A stretch of DNA of 64,000 nucleotides, taken from the NCBI GenBank assembly GCA_964016885.1, contig OZ024740.1:99882001-99946000 (forward strand). Reading direction: 5' to 3'. This document shows positions 10,149-22,375 of this stretch, in pieces. The notes beneath the pieces are model-generated. The model searched no databases, had not been told where the DNA came from, and worked only from the letters and a program-made list of their open reading frames with translations. The translations under genes were made by a program, and so were the position numbers. This DNA is from Eledone cirrhosa (Eukaryota). Within the stretch, counting starts at the first letter, position 1. Every line of letters starts with the position of its first letter.

Positions 10149-13100
10149 CGATAGACCTATGTTTTGCATAGATGTGTCGAATGCCACTCACAAATCTTTG
10201 GTCTCATTCAAGTTTGTTAGAATCGAAATACCCATATAGTGGGATTGAACTCACAATAACATCGAAGACAAGAAAATGTCCTAACTACATAACCATTCTC
10301 TGTACTAAAATATCTATAACCAAATACTTTTACTTCCAAAATTTAGAATAAAATAACATTCAGTTTGTGTTAATCTATCTGGAAGAAAATATATATATAT
10401 TTCAGCTTATTAAGACTTTCATTCATACTTTTTCATTCATAATTTTTACATTCTTTTCATTTTTTCTTTTGTATTTTTCCTTATTCTTTATACTGATCAT
10501 AATTTAATCATGAAACTTATTGTATGTTATGATTGGAGAGAGCGAAAAAACTATAAGTATAAAAGTCAATTACCGAAAAAAAATATATATATTTCAAGTT
10601 GAGAAAACAAAAATGAGAAAATATGAACTACCAACAGAATTGTAAGTAAATTTTCATCAATAAAAATTCCCTCTATGATATTTTAGAATTAAGAACTAAT
10701 TTTTTTTTCTTTTCTTCTTTCCAGTTTTGAATCTTGACATTTCATAAAGTGAATACAGACGGTTCTAATACAGGCGAATGCAGGTAGGGACATTTCCACA
10801 AATGATATGAGCAGACGCATTTTGTAAATGTCTTTCTGGCTCTGTATTCAACGTAAAAAAAGAAAGAAAATGGAGAAAAAAGAAAAGCATTAAAATATAT
10901 TATAATTCTGTATTTATGTTGAATGCAATGATATTCTGGTTTTCTAATCACAATCTCAAATAAGTTTTTACGAAATGTTAAGATGTAGTTATGTAGAGGA
11001 TAATACAAAGTTTCTCATCATAATATGATTACGTATTTACTTTCTTTTATTTTCTTCTACTTCTTGTCTTCTTTCTGTAAGCCGGTAAAGAGACACGGGT
11101 ATATTTCCACAAAGAAAATAATTAGAGCGTATAATCTTTAACTGCATTCATTACTTGTTTTAGTCATTCGAGCATATTGAGCACAGTACTTATTTCAGTC
11201 TGGTACTTATTCTATCAATCTGATTTATTAAATGACTGTTACACTTGTTGACACAACATTAGTTTTATGAGCAAATATTAACACAGACACACACGGCATA
11301 CACATACATATGTCAGTAGAGGATCTACTTTGAAAGTAATGATGCTTAAGATTCAAGGTTCCTAATCTCGAAGGAACCTGCAGAAGTAGCCACAGGTTGC
11401 TTCTGGGGCCGCTTAAGATTGCAAAGAGGTCTCCTTTATAAGAGTCAAGTCTCCATATATATGTGTGTGTATAAAAGGTATAATTATATATACATGCATA
11501 TTTTTCTAATTATTAAGTTTAAAGTTTTAGATTTCCTTTTTACTGGTCTCGCTCATTGGAAAATGTACATGCTGGAGCACCTGCTTCCAGGGTTATCATC
11601 GATTATATCGACACCTGTAATTTCTTATGGAATTCATTTTAGAAATCTGTTTGTCCAGGATTGAAAAAAACACGATATGAATTACAACACAGATTTTTAC
11701 ACCGGTGTAATCATAAAAAAATTAACACATTCACACATAGTCGATAAAATGCACCCGGTACTCTTTAAGGACATCAAACCGCAGGAATGATGTAAAACAG
11801 TGTAGAACGAAATATTTATTCGTGACAAAAACATAACGACCTTCCCAGTGTTCACAACCCAATAAAATGCAGTACACTGGTTGGTGTCAGAAAGGACATG
11901 CATCCAAAGAAATTATGCCACGAATACAACATATGTGAGAAGTGGCATTCGGTCTCTGACATCTAATAGAGGCGTAAGGACGCCGTATTAACATATGGCG
12001 TTTCTTGGGCATTTTAAGCCTGGTGGGGCCCATCCCTCACCAGACCAGAGTACAGCAGATTTCTTCCAGAGAAAGATAGAATGTGAGAGAGAGGAAATGA
12101 GAAAGAGATATAGAGGAAGAATCCACAGCAGTACTAGACTGATATGTATTTTTATCAACCGCGAAACAATGAAAGGCAAAGTTGACATCGACGGGATTTG
12201 AACTCAGTGAGCAGTGAGCCAGAGAGAATACCATAAAGCATTCTTATCCGGCGTTCGAACGAATTTAAGAAGAGTAAATCCCAGTATATATTGACTTAGC
12301 TATTTTAGCAAAGAAAAACAAGTGGAAAATGATGATGATGATTTAAATGATGGTGATGAAGGGGAGGACGTTAATCATGATTAGGGGGATATATTTTTTT
12401 CATTCTTTTACTGGTATCATTCTTTGGAATATGATAATGTTGAATTATAATTTTCTTAGTTTTAATCGATTAAATCGCCAATTCATCCAAATTACTGTGC
12501 TTGATTCATTCTTTCTTGATCTATAAACGCAAAGGGAGTTTGGCCGTGATTTGAATTGAGAACTTATTGGCATATAAATAAATGCCAAAAGGTATTCTGC
12601 GCAAGGCTCTCTGAATCCGCCAGCTAATCAGCATATTTATCTTCTACGCGTTATATAAATGTTTAATATAACTAAATTTGAAAGTAATTCTCATTGGACA
12701 CAAGTAACATTAATTTCATCGACGTTAAACCAAGGCTATTTTGTGTCACAGTCTAGTAGGATGTAATCAATTAGTTCATATTTTATCCAAGTCAGAAATT
12801 TGAAAGACTAGGTAAACCTGAACAGGATTTGAACATAAATAGATGTAAGCATGACACAGACTTTTTATTACCAACATTAGCAATTCTGCTCATTGTCCTC
12901 CCTTAATTTATATACACTTGCTATGGAAATCTAAAATCTAAATGGACCTACGTTGGTTTCAAAGATGAGTATTCTAGTTATTAGATCAACAGGATAACCT
13001 GCTTGTTAAATTAACCAGTAAGTAGCTGAACATATCGCAGACACGTGCATCCTTAACGCCATTTCAGGTAGTTTCAGCGTGAGACAGTGTGTGGCAAGAC

Positions 13101-13409
13101 TGGTAGAATTAATTCGATGGATTTCAGCACAGTTTCCGTCTATCTATTTTCCCCTAAAGACAGTGTATCGAGGCAAGATTATGGTAAATAAACACATTAA
13201 GATGCCACACAGTGTCATTAACCACGGAATCGAATATTTTCGAAGCAAACTATATAATAATTTGATGATGCTGGGTCAAAATACTCAGTAAACAGAAAGT
13301 ATATGTTAACTAAATTTGAAATTAATTTTAAATAAAAACAAATTGTACATATAAAACTGAAGATCATTCTGTCTGTAATTTAATATATATATATATATAA
13401 CGAAAGATC

Positions 13410-14755
13410 CGTGTCAACAACTTCACTCCGGAATCGGCGCATAACGGCACCAAACAGCCCACACCGCAAACACGGTCGAGGAAAGGCCCACGAGGGATTC
13501 GCCACAGTTATTTGGTGCGGAGACTCTAAAGCTATGATCCTGGTGTGTGAAGGTTGACGCAGCCAAAGGCATGTCGCTCCTCATAGCGGTGTCAGCTAGT
13601 GCCACATTCTAAGGCTATGGTTCGGCTATGAGAAGGGTTCAGCGCGGCCACTGGCCTGTCCCTCCTCATAACGGTGTCATCCAATGCCGGGCTCTGAAAC
13701 TGTGCTTCCGCTGTGAGATGCGTTCTGTGCGGCCAACGGGCCTGTCTCACCTCTTGGCTGATCCATGCGGCATCCGACACCTGAACTGAAGGTCCATTAT
13801 GTGAAGTGTTCGGTGCGGTCAACTAGCCTGTCCCTCCTCATAGCGGTGCCATCCAGTTCCCGGCTCTCAAAAGGTGGTTCTAGTGAGAAGCGTTCGTCGC
13901 GGCTGAATGGCCTGTCTTTGCTCACAGTAGAGCAAAACTGTAAATGTAGTTCCTGGGCTGTGGGTCTGCTGTGTAAAGGGTTCGACGCGGCCAACAGGCG
14001 TGTCCCACCGCATAGCGGTGTTATCCAGTCTCAGGCTCCCAAGCTGGCGCGTCTTTCCTTGTAGAGGTTGCAGAGTGTAAATGCGGATGTGGCACCCCAA
14101 ATTATGGCTCCACTGTGAGAAGGGTTTGGAGCAGCCAACTAGCCTGTCCCTCCTCATAGCGGTGCCATCCAGACCCAGGCGCCCATTCCGGAATGTGGCT
14201 TTGCACTAAGAGGGGTTCGGCGCAACCAACTGGTATGTCCCTTCACATAGCGGTGCCATGCGGTACCTGAACTGCGGGTCTGCAGTGGAAGATTCGGTGT
14301 GGCCAACGGAAATGTGGCTCTGCTGTGGGGAGAAGTCAGCGTGACCAACTAGCCTATCCCTCCTCATTTTGCAACGCCACCCAGTTCCAGGCTCCTGGAC
14401 TGTGGTTTCGATGTGAGAGGTATTCGGCGCAGCCAACTGGCCTGTCCCTCCTCGTATCGGTGCCATCCAGTACCGGGCTCCAAAACTATGGTCCCACTCT
14501 GAGATGGGTTCCGTGATGCCAACTACTGGCCTGTCCCTCCTCATAACGGGGCCATCAGGTCCAGACCGTAAATGAGGTTGGTGTTAGAAAAGGCAGCCAG
14601 CTGTAAAATCCCCGACCAAATTTGCAGTCTCGTCGGAGCAAGGTACGGTGTGGTCAATTCTGGCCAGACTTATCTCCCAACGTGGATGACCCGTCTAACC
14701 CAAGCATTGAAAAATGGATGCTAAACGATGATGATGATGATGATGATGATGATGA
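13410..14755 (+). mobile_element. RTE-tailed element with GC-rich ~85-bp tandem hairpin array
   Basis: Possible ORF end (PHRKHGRG/RPTR) near 13460-13490. About 12 units with core GGCCAACTGGCCTGTCCCTCCTCATAGCGG. 3' GGTTGGTGTTAGAAAAGGCAGCCAGCTGTAAAA...CCGTCTAACCCAAGCATTGAAAAATGGATGCTAAAC(GAT)n. Confidence 0.75.
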
Positions 14756-14924
14756 TACATATAAACAGAAAGAGTGAGAAGTTAATAGAGTATATATTGA
14801 AGAAGAAAAAAATGTCATATGCATTGTTGTCATGAATCATCTTCGAGAGAGACAATAGAATATACAAGAGGAAATGAAAGAAGGGGTAATGTACTGTCTA
14901 TATAATTATATTTTATATTTATGT

Positions 14925-14926
14925 AT

Positions 14927-14996
<70 letters not shown>

Positions 14997-15122
14997 CTGT
15001 GTGGAAGGTGAGTGTCTGTCTACATAAACGTGTATATTTGTATATATAATCGTAGGTTTTAAAAATAAAATATTTAAAACACGGAAGCACACGACCGCAC
15101 AGACACATATACACACAAGCGC

Positions 15123-15220
<98 letters not shown>
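14925..15220. repeat. Compound (CA)/(TA)/(TG)/(GCAC) microsatellites
   Basis: Direct reading. Confidence 0.9.
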
Positions 15221-15604
15221 GTAAAGAAGAAATGTGGTAGGGGTGTCTTTGATCGTTGGACTAGAATCTGGCAGTATGGCTACAATTTTAATGTGTGTAC
15301 CTATGCATGTATGTATGTATATATTTGTATGTGTGTGCGGGTGTCCCTTTCATCTTTGTTTTGTAGGTATACAAAGGAAACATAAAAGTGATGTATATTG
15401 ACTCAGAATATCTCTTTAAAAATATGTAAACGCATATTTACTATCCAATTTATCCACCACTAAAATGAAATAAAATATAAATTTATAATTTATCTATCTA
15501 ATTATCCACTATCGATCTACCCATGCCTCTGTCATTCTTTCTTTGTCTCTCTCCAGGCTACTTTCTCTCCCCCTCTCTCTCTATCCCACAATATATATAT
15601 ATAG

Positions 15605-16936
15605 TAATAATAAATTTGAAGACTAAAATCCAAAGAGGGCTCGATAAGGATAAATATATATCAAATATATAAGAACTGTAGAGCAAATATTTATTAAAAT
15701 AACAGATTAAAGTTTAAGCAAAGAATCGCTGCTTTCACCCTTAACGGGATCTTCTGAAACTAACAAAGTCAATCTGTAAACGCGGAAGTGGATATTTCAA
15801 AAAACGTTGCAACCGGAGGAAGACAGGTAGACGATACTTTGGTTCGTGGAAACGTTCCCTTCACAATACATACAAGTAATATATACTTACCTATGCAAAT
15901 AAGTAATGGTATAAACATAACATATACTTAGCTACCACATCAAGACGTAAAATATGCACGTATACATCGTACTATCCGTTAGGGTATAACGTGGGGCTGT
16001 AATACAGGAAAGTTTTGTGCAATTTATGTTTAAAAGCCGAAATTGCCTCAGATTTTTTATTTAAGATGTGGTCTGTGGCGTAGAGTATTTCCAGGGCCTC
16101 AGCGGCGCAGAGGTCAGATGGTCTTTTATTACCGTTATACGATCTAGCCCTAGCTAGGATCTCCCAGTGTAACTTATATTGGGTGTGGTTGTCTTTTAGA
16201 CTCCAGATATAAGCTGAAAGTGACGTCATATTCCTTCTTAGAGGGTAACGAAAAGAATGGGTATGCATGTAAAGACGATGCTTGAATCTATTGGCGGTTA
16301 ACCCTATGTAGGCCCTACGGGACGTGGGTGTTTCAACCTTACATTTGTAGACAATGTTACTAGAGAGACATTTCCAGGATAGGGGGCAATCAACCCGATT
16401 CCTACAATTACAGTTAGTACTAACTACAGGGTTTCACGTGTTCCTACGGCTAGGTAGTTTAGCTAAATTTGAAGCTGTGATGTTATGTGCAAAGTTAGGA
16501 ATCGTAGAGTAAGAAATTTTAATAGTATTTCTATTAAAAATGTTACTATATTTATGTGTAGAGGGAAAATGCTTCGTAATAAGGGAAATAAAGATCTTAG
16601 CTAATGGTGTGGCCACCTCCATATTATATGGTGGGTTATACCAACAAATGCGACGGGATCTATTTCTTCTAGGTCTATTTTCGTACTCTGTATATGCTAC
16701 CTTATCGACAAATCCACCCCGAGCAAGAGCTTCATTGTAATAAGTGGAATGGTCGTTGAAAATCTGCTCGTTAGCAGATAGACGGGAAAGCCTCAACGTA
16801 AAATGTTTAATAGAAATACTATCAAAATGTCTTACTCTACGACTCCTAACCATGCACATAACATCACAGCTTCAAATTTAGCTAAACTACCTAGCCGTAG
16901 GAACACGTGAAACCCTGTAGTTAGTACTAACTGTAA
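15605..16936 (-). mobile_element. Penelope-like element (Neptune-type), 5'-truncated, with inverted 5' segment
   Basis: RT thumb/linker (RLSRLSANEQIF...YNEAL...ICWYNPPYN...FP.THKY..IFNRNTIKISYS) and GIY-YIG (VYKCKV..AYIGLTANRFKHRLY.H..SFR...TSLSAYIWSLK...WEIL...LC..E...ILNKKSE). ~16795-16936 is an inverted copy of ~16407-16550. Confidence 0.9.
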
Positions 16937-17069
16937 TATACATACATGCGTATGTATATCTGTCTGTCTATCATCTATCAAACAGCCCCCTTTTTATCTC
17001 TCTCTCTCTTTACAAACGTGTGTCCCAGAACAAAAGATTACGATCGAAAATTCAAGTACATACATTAAA

Positions 17070-17200
<131 letters not shown>

Positions 17201-17354
17201 TAGCATAGTATGCTTTAGAATGATAGGGATTATAATAATTCCTTAACTACAACATTCTTGTTTCAAAAAGTACCAGATTGGTGACTGGCACGAATATGAC
17301 TACCAACACCATACCACATCATCCTTTGCGGGGGTTAATAAGGGAGGCGTTCAA

Positions 17355-17570
17355 GGCTTAGATAGAGAGGTCTCTCTGGGTGGTGCAAGTTTATGCACCA
17401 AACAAGGAATCTGCATACAGCTCCTTCCTTGGTGAAGTTACTGCAACATTAAATGTAGTTAAGACTGTGTCATATATCCTGATGGCAGACTTCAATGCAC
17501 ATGTTGGCACTGACTGCATGACATGGAAAAAAATGCACTGGCTTGATAACGACCAGGGTCACAAATGATG
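17355..17570 (+). pseudogene. APE endonuclease fragment of an RTE-like LINE
   Basis: VVQVYAPN...SFL.EV...L......ILMADFNAHVG. Confidence 0.75.
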
Positions 17571-18934
17571 ACGTCATTGTCATCAGTTACCCAACTTAGC
17601 TTCTGCTGGAATCCACTTGATGGCACTACACCATCAGATTCCACATTCACAGCTGATGGCTTTCAAAATTTCTATTCTTAAACATACCATATATCGCTAG
17701 ATATACAAAAATACATACTATATATTCTCTTCTTCTATTTATTCCTGAGAGGAACATGGAGGCAGAGTACTGACAAATGTCTTCAAGAGGGTCGTATCAC
17801 AAGCAACAATCTCCAAATGATCCAGTTATATCTTCAAGCAAGTGTAACTCAGGTTATAAATGTTATCCAATCATCATCCACCTGGTTTACCTCTGGGGTC
17901 ATTTCTGGTTGGCTTTGTCCATAAATTCTCTCCAGCAATTCTTTCCTATGACATTCTAAGCACATCTCCATAATATCGGAGCTATGACCTTGACAAGTGA
18001 CTTCCAATATAGCGTTGCTCCAACCTACGTCTTGTGAATTAAATTTAGTAGACAGAAACTGCGTGGAAGCTTGTAATTCAAAGATCCTGTCTTGTCACAC
18101 TGTGTAATGCTGAATATCCAAAGAAATTATGTTACCAAATACATATGCTAATAAAATTCTCAGCTACTTACACAATAATTCAATAAGTACTGAATTGAGC
18201 TACTGAAACATGCACCATTGAAACTGGTTGTAGCTCTATCATAGAGGTACATTCATATTCATCGTTATCATTCTAACCTTATTTAAGAACATGATTATTA
18301 TATTTCTCAAGTTTCACTGAAACAAATTATCAAATGATGTTTACATATTCAGTCTGATTTTATAATGGCATCGTTTTTGTAAAATGTGATTGTCAAGATC
18401 ATAAGTATGATTTTTATCAATCAAAACATTTAAACATTATTGATTATAAATGAAATTGTTATTTATTTCTAAACAGTTATTAATCCAGACTAATATGGCT
18501 TTTCTTTCTTTCTATGAATCTAGAATATTAAATTCATCTTAAATTTATTCAAATTAATAAATTTGTACATCATAAATTTAATCAAGCTGAATTTTTGTTA
18601 AAAATCTTTTCTCTTTGGTATAATATATGGAAGTAATATAATTCTTGTGAGTGAAATATATATATAGTTACTTTGTAACTAGTTCTCACAAAATTCAATT
18701 CTCCTCACCCTTATGCATATTCGAACTGCGACAATACACCCCCTATATACATGTGTGTGTGTGTCTGTGTGTTTGTGTGTGTACACATTTATATATGTAG
18801 ATAGATAGATGGAAACTGAATGTACTCAGTATGCCAGTAGAATAAAGGTATATCTATTTTATTATAGAAATGACTTCTACAGGACAGGTACTTTCCTGAT
18901 AATTTCTTACAAATAAAACAGCTCCAGTCATGTA

Positions 18935-20085
18935 GGCAACATTTCTATATAAGAATAAGGGAACGAAAAAAGGTGAGGGTGGGAAAGGAAATGGATTACA
19001 AGGAGAGAAGCATTAGCTAGACTCCTTGAGAACAAAGAACAGCTACAAATTCTTCTTGGTGAATTTTGACTGTGGATAGAGTGGAGTAGGAATTCTGTTA
19101 GCAGAAAAGTGGGTAGATAAGGTAATTGAGTTAAATAAAGGGAACAACAGAATCATTAATCTTAGGTTAGTCATAGATAGAACAACTGTACCAATTATAT
19201 CTGTATATCCACCACACTTTTGACTGACAGATGAACTAAAAGATGACTTTTATGTATCCCTCTGCGAACTTCTTCTCTAATGAGTGATGATGGTCTTGTA
19301 ATCATGGCAAGAGATTTTACATATGTTGAGCAACATTTTGATGGCTTCTATGGGCTCCCAAAGGGATTGGGTTTGATACAAGAAATGAGGAAGGTTCAAG
19401 GCATGTGAAATTTTGTGATGCCAATGATCTAACTATCTGTAACACAAACCAGCCAAATCACCTCTAAGTCAAGTGAGTACAGGCGCCAAATAGATTTTAT
19501 CTTCACAAGAAGAAGAGCTAGGTTGATGATTGTAAAACAAAGCCCTTCTATTACAAGGAATGCACCTCCAAACATGGCCTAATAGCTATTGACTTTAAAT
19601 TTAAAGCTACACGAACTCAAAGACAGGTGTTCAGTACTATTGAAGTATCCAATGACTGATGTAGCAGTAACATTGTTATTTGGTGCAAGGGCAAAGGAGA
19701 TATACTCAGCAGAACAAACTATAGAGGCATCAAGTTGATAGACCAAGTCATTAAGTTACAGAAAAAGATATTGAGCAGCTGATAAGGGATTGAGTTTATG
19801 AACGTGAAATGCAGTTTGGATTTTCTGCCAGGTAAATGTTCCATTGATGCCCTTTTGAAACAACTGCAAGCAATGCTGTATGGAATTGTGATTCAGGCTC
19901 TGTTTGCAGAGGAGCTACAAAGATTGGAAAGAAATGTGGCCTACATACTCTGATACATGTGTAATAATAGTATGAACTCAATGAACTGAGAGAGAAATTG
20001 GGCATAAGAGTGGAGAGTGTAGGTTGTTTGGACATGTGATGACAGCTGCATAAAAAGGTTCAGACTGCTTAAAGTTGATGGAATC
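18935..20085 (+). mobile_element. Heavily decayed RTE LINE (APE to RT pieces)
   Basis: GVGILLAEKWVDKVIE, GFDTRNEEG..FCDANDLTICNT, NYRGIKL.DQV, EMQFGF motifs. Homologous to 57.3-60.6 kb. Confidence 0.75.
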
Positions 20086-20684
20086 CCCACCTCCCTCCTT
20101 TTCTAAGTACCCCAAATCAGATCTTCCCTATTTACTTTCTCCATCCCCATCTCAGCTTGCACATCCAACAGCACCTGCCCACATAGAAAGATAGCCTTTC
20201 CCCATTCTTCCAATCATCCAACTCCTTCCAGCATTGAAAGGCAGCCAACACCTTCATTACCATTCCTAGCCCAACACAATTAATGCCAACATACAAAAGA
20301 CAGGTATCTCTCCCTCATTCAACTCATGCCAACATGGAAAACCAGACATACCCTACCTTTTACCATGCGAAAATGCTTGGTAAGATTTTAAAAGAGCATC
20401 CAGCTGGGGAGGCCATGCCAAAACAAAACAACGAATGTATAGACAAGATATGGTTGCCTCTCTAGCCCAGCCTTAGAGCATGACATCCTATCTGGTCCAG
20501 GCAAGCATGGGCAATAGATGTTTAATGGTGATGATGAAGTGTTACTCACTTCTTGCATCCACACCCCATATACACCTTTTCTGTCCAACCCACGCGTGCA
20601 TGGAAAGCCAGATATACTTCACACATTCTCTCACAATGTTCGTGTCATGACAAAAAAAAACACCCAATCCACTCTATAGAGAGG

Positions 20685-21046
20685 TAGTGCTGGTGCCACG
20701 ACAAAAACGCCCAATATACCCTGTAAGGTGTTTGTACCAGTGCCACATTGAGAAAACACCAATACACCTTTTTTGTTGTCCTTCTAATGCTTGATGAAAA
20801 GCACCGATACCACCCTGTAAAGTACTAATGGTGGTTCCAACAAAAAATCTCTCAGTACATACTGTAATAGGGTTGGTATTGGGAAGGGCATCAAGCCATA
20901 GAAGCCAAACCAAAAAACAGAACATAGGAGTTAGATGTGGTGACTTCAATTGGGTAGTGACATAATGTGTCAATCTGTTTAAGTTATGCAAGCATGGTAA
21001 ATAGATATTAGATGGTGATAATGATGATGATGATAATGATAATGAT
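20685..21046 (+). mobile_element. RTE 3' UTR with tandem repeats and (GAT)n tail
   Basis: GTGCCACG..AAAA..CCC...ACCCTGTAA units, GGTTGGTATTGGGAAGGGCATC, GCAAGCATGG...GATGATGAT. Confidence 0.65.
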
Positions 21047-21058
21047 GGTGTGTATGTG

Positions 21059-21107
<49 letters not shown>

Positions 21108-22154
21108 CAGAGAGAGAGAAAAAGATATATATATATATGTATATATACACACATACATGTATGTGTTAATGCATGGTCACTTTGGTGAAATATCTTAATA
21201 CAAACTAAATATATTTTTAATATGTAGAATCAAGTGACCCTCTACAAGGTCACTTGGCCTGCTAACAATATCACCCATATTACCCTAAAACAACATCTAC
21301 ATATCTTAAAAATTGATGAAGTAAGGGCATATTAGCTAAAGGAGACCTGGTTACATTGACCCATACAATATTGGAAATGATTAAATCCCTAAAACATTGT
21401 ATATAGATTTGAATTTCTGTCAACTAAAGGTTCAAATTTATCCACAGTCCACTACATATTATTCTGTTTACATTAATTAGCTGGAGTGATAGATTAGTTC
21501 TGAAAGATATTTTACAACAAAGTTCTCACAACAAGAATTCATGCAAATGAAGAATCGATTGAAAACAGCCAGAGAAATAAATATAAAATCAAAAGCAAGT
21601 TCTCCAAAATTAGATATTTTGTTCATGGAAAAATAATAGAATAATACATTATTCTAACGTCTGACTATAGAATATATTATAGCTGTCAAGATTGCAAACT
21701 TAAATTAAAAGCTAGTTAAAACCGAATTCCATTAAAGCACTACAGAGAAACTAATTTCATTCACTGACGCATACTCATATGCAGACTGAATAATACAGTC
21801 ATCAATTTCTTTCTTTACTGTTGAAGTTACATTTATAAAATTTTCATAAATTTTCTTCTTACTCATATGCTTAGTTCAATGATTCTGAAATGCTAAAATT
21901 CTTATGATGGATTATCTTACAATTGGCTTCTTATTTACATCCTGCATTAAACACAGCAAACACATAAATCATTTATGAAAATCTCAATTATATTATGGAA
22001 ATATTTGCTACATTTAACAATTTTTATTATTAAATATTGTTGTTTTTGGTATTTGGTCCCAAGTTAACTTTCATCACTCAGATCTATGTTCCTAACCATC
22101 TCAACCCTTTTCTTCTTTTTTTATCAGAGGATAGTTAGCTGCCATTTCTTAAAG

Positions 22155-22375
22155 GGTAGCTCAATTGCAAAATTGTCAGAGCATAGAACAAAATGCTTCA
22201 CAGTACTTATTCTGGCTCTTTATGTTCAAAATTCAAATCCCACCAAGATCAACTTTGCCTTTCATCCTTTATATGTTGATAGATAAAGTACCAGTCTTGT
22301 ACCAAAGTTGATATAATCAACTTTTCATTCTTCACCCAGATTTCTGACCTTCTGTCTATGTAAGAAATGATTATT
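22155..22375 (+). mobile_element. Diverged tRNA-SINE
   Basis: GTTCAAATCCCACCAAGATCAACTTTGCCTTTCATCC-like segment, ...AAAGTACCAGT. Confidence 0.65.

Noticed and set aside
13510-14555. CRISPR array interpretation of the hairpin repeat array
   Set aside because: Units are degenerate, linkers are related to each other rather than unique spacers, there are no cas genes, and the context is a eukaryotic retroelement.
15715-15762. Hammerhead in the 3' region of the 15.6-16.9 kb Penelope copy (minus: CAGAAGA-tCCC gttaa GGGt-GAAA)
   Set aside because: The core reads CAGAAGA and I cannot form stems I and III. It is at best a dead remnant.
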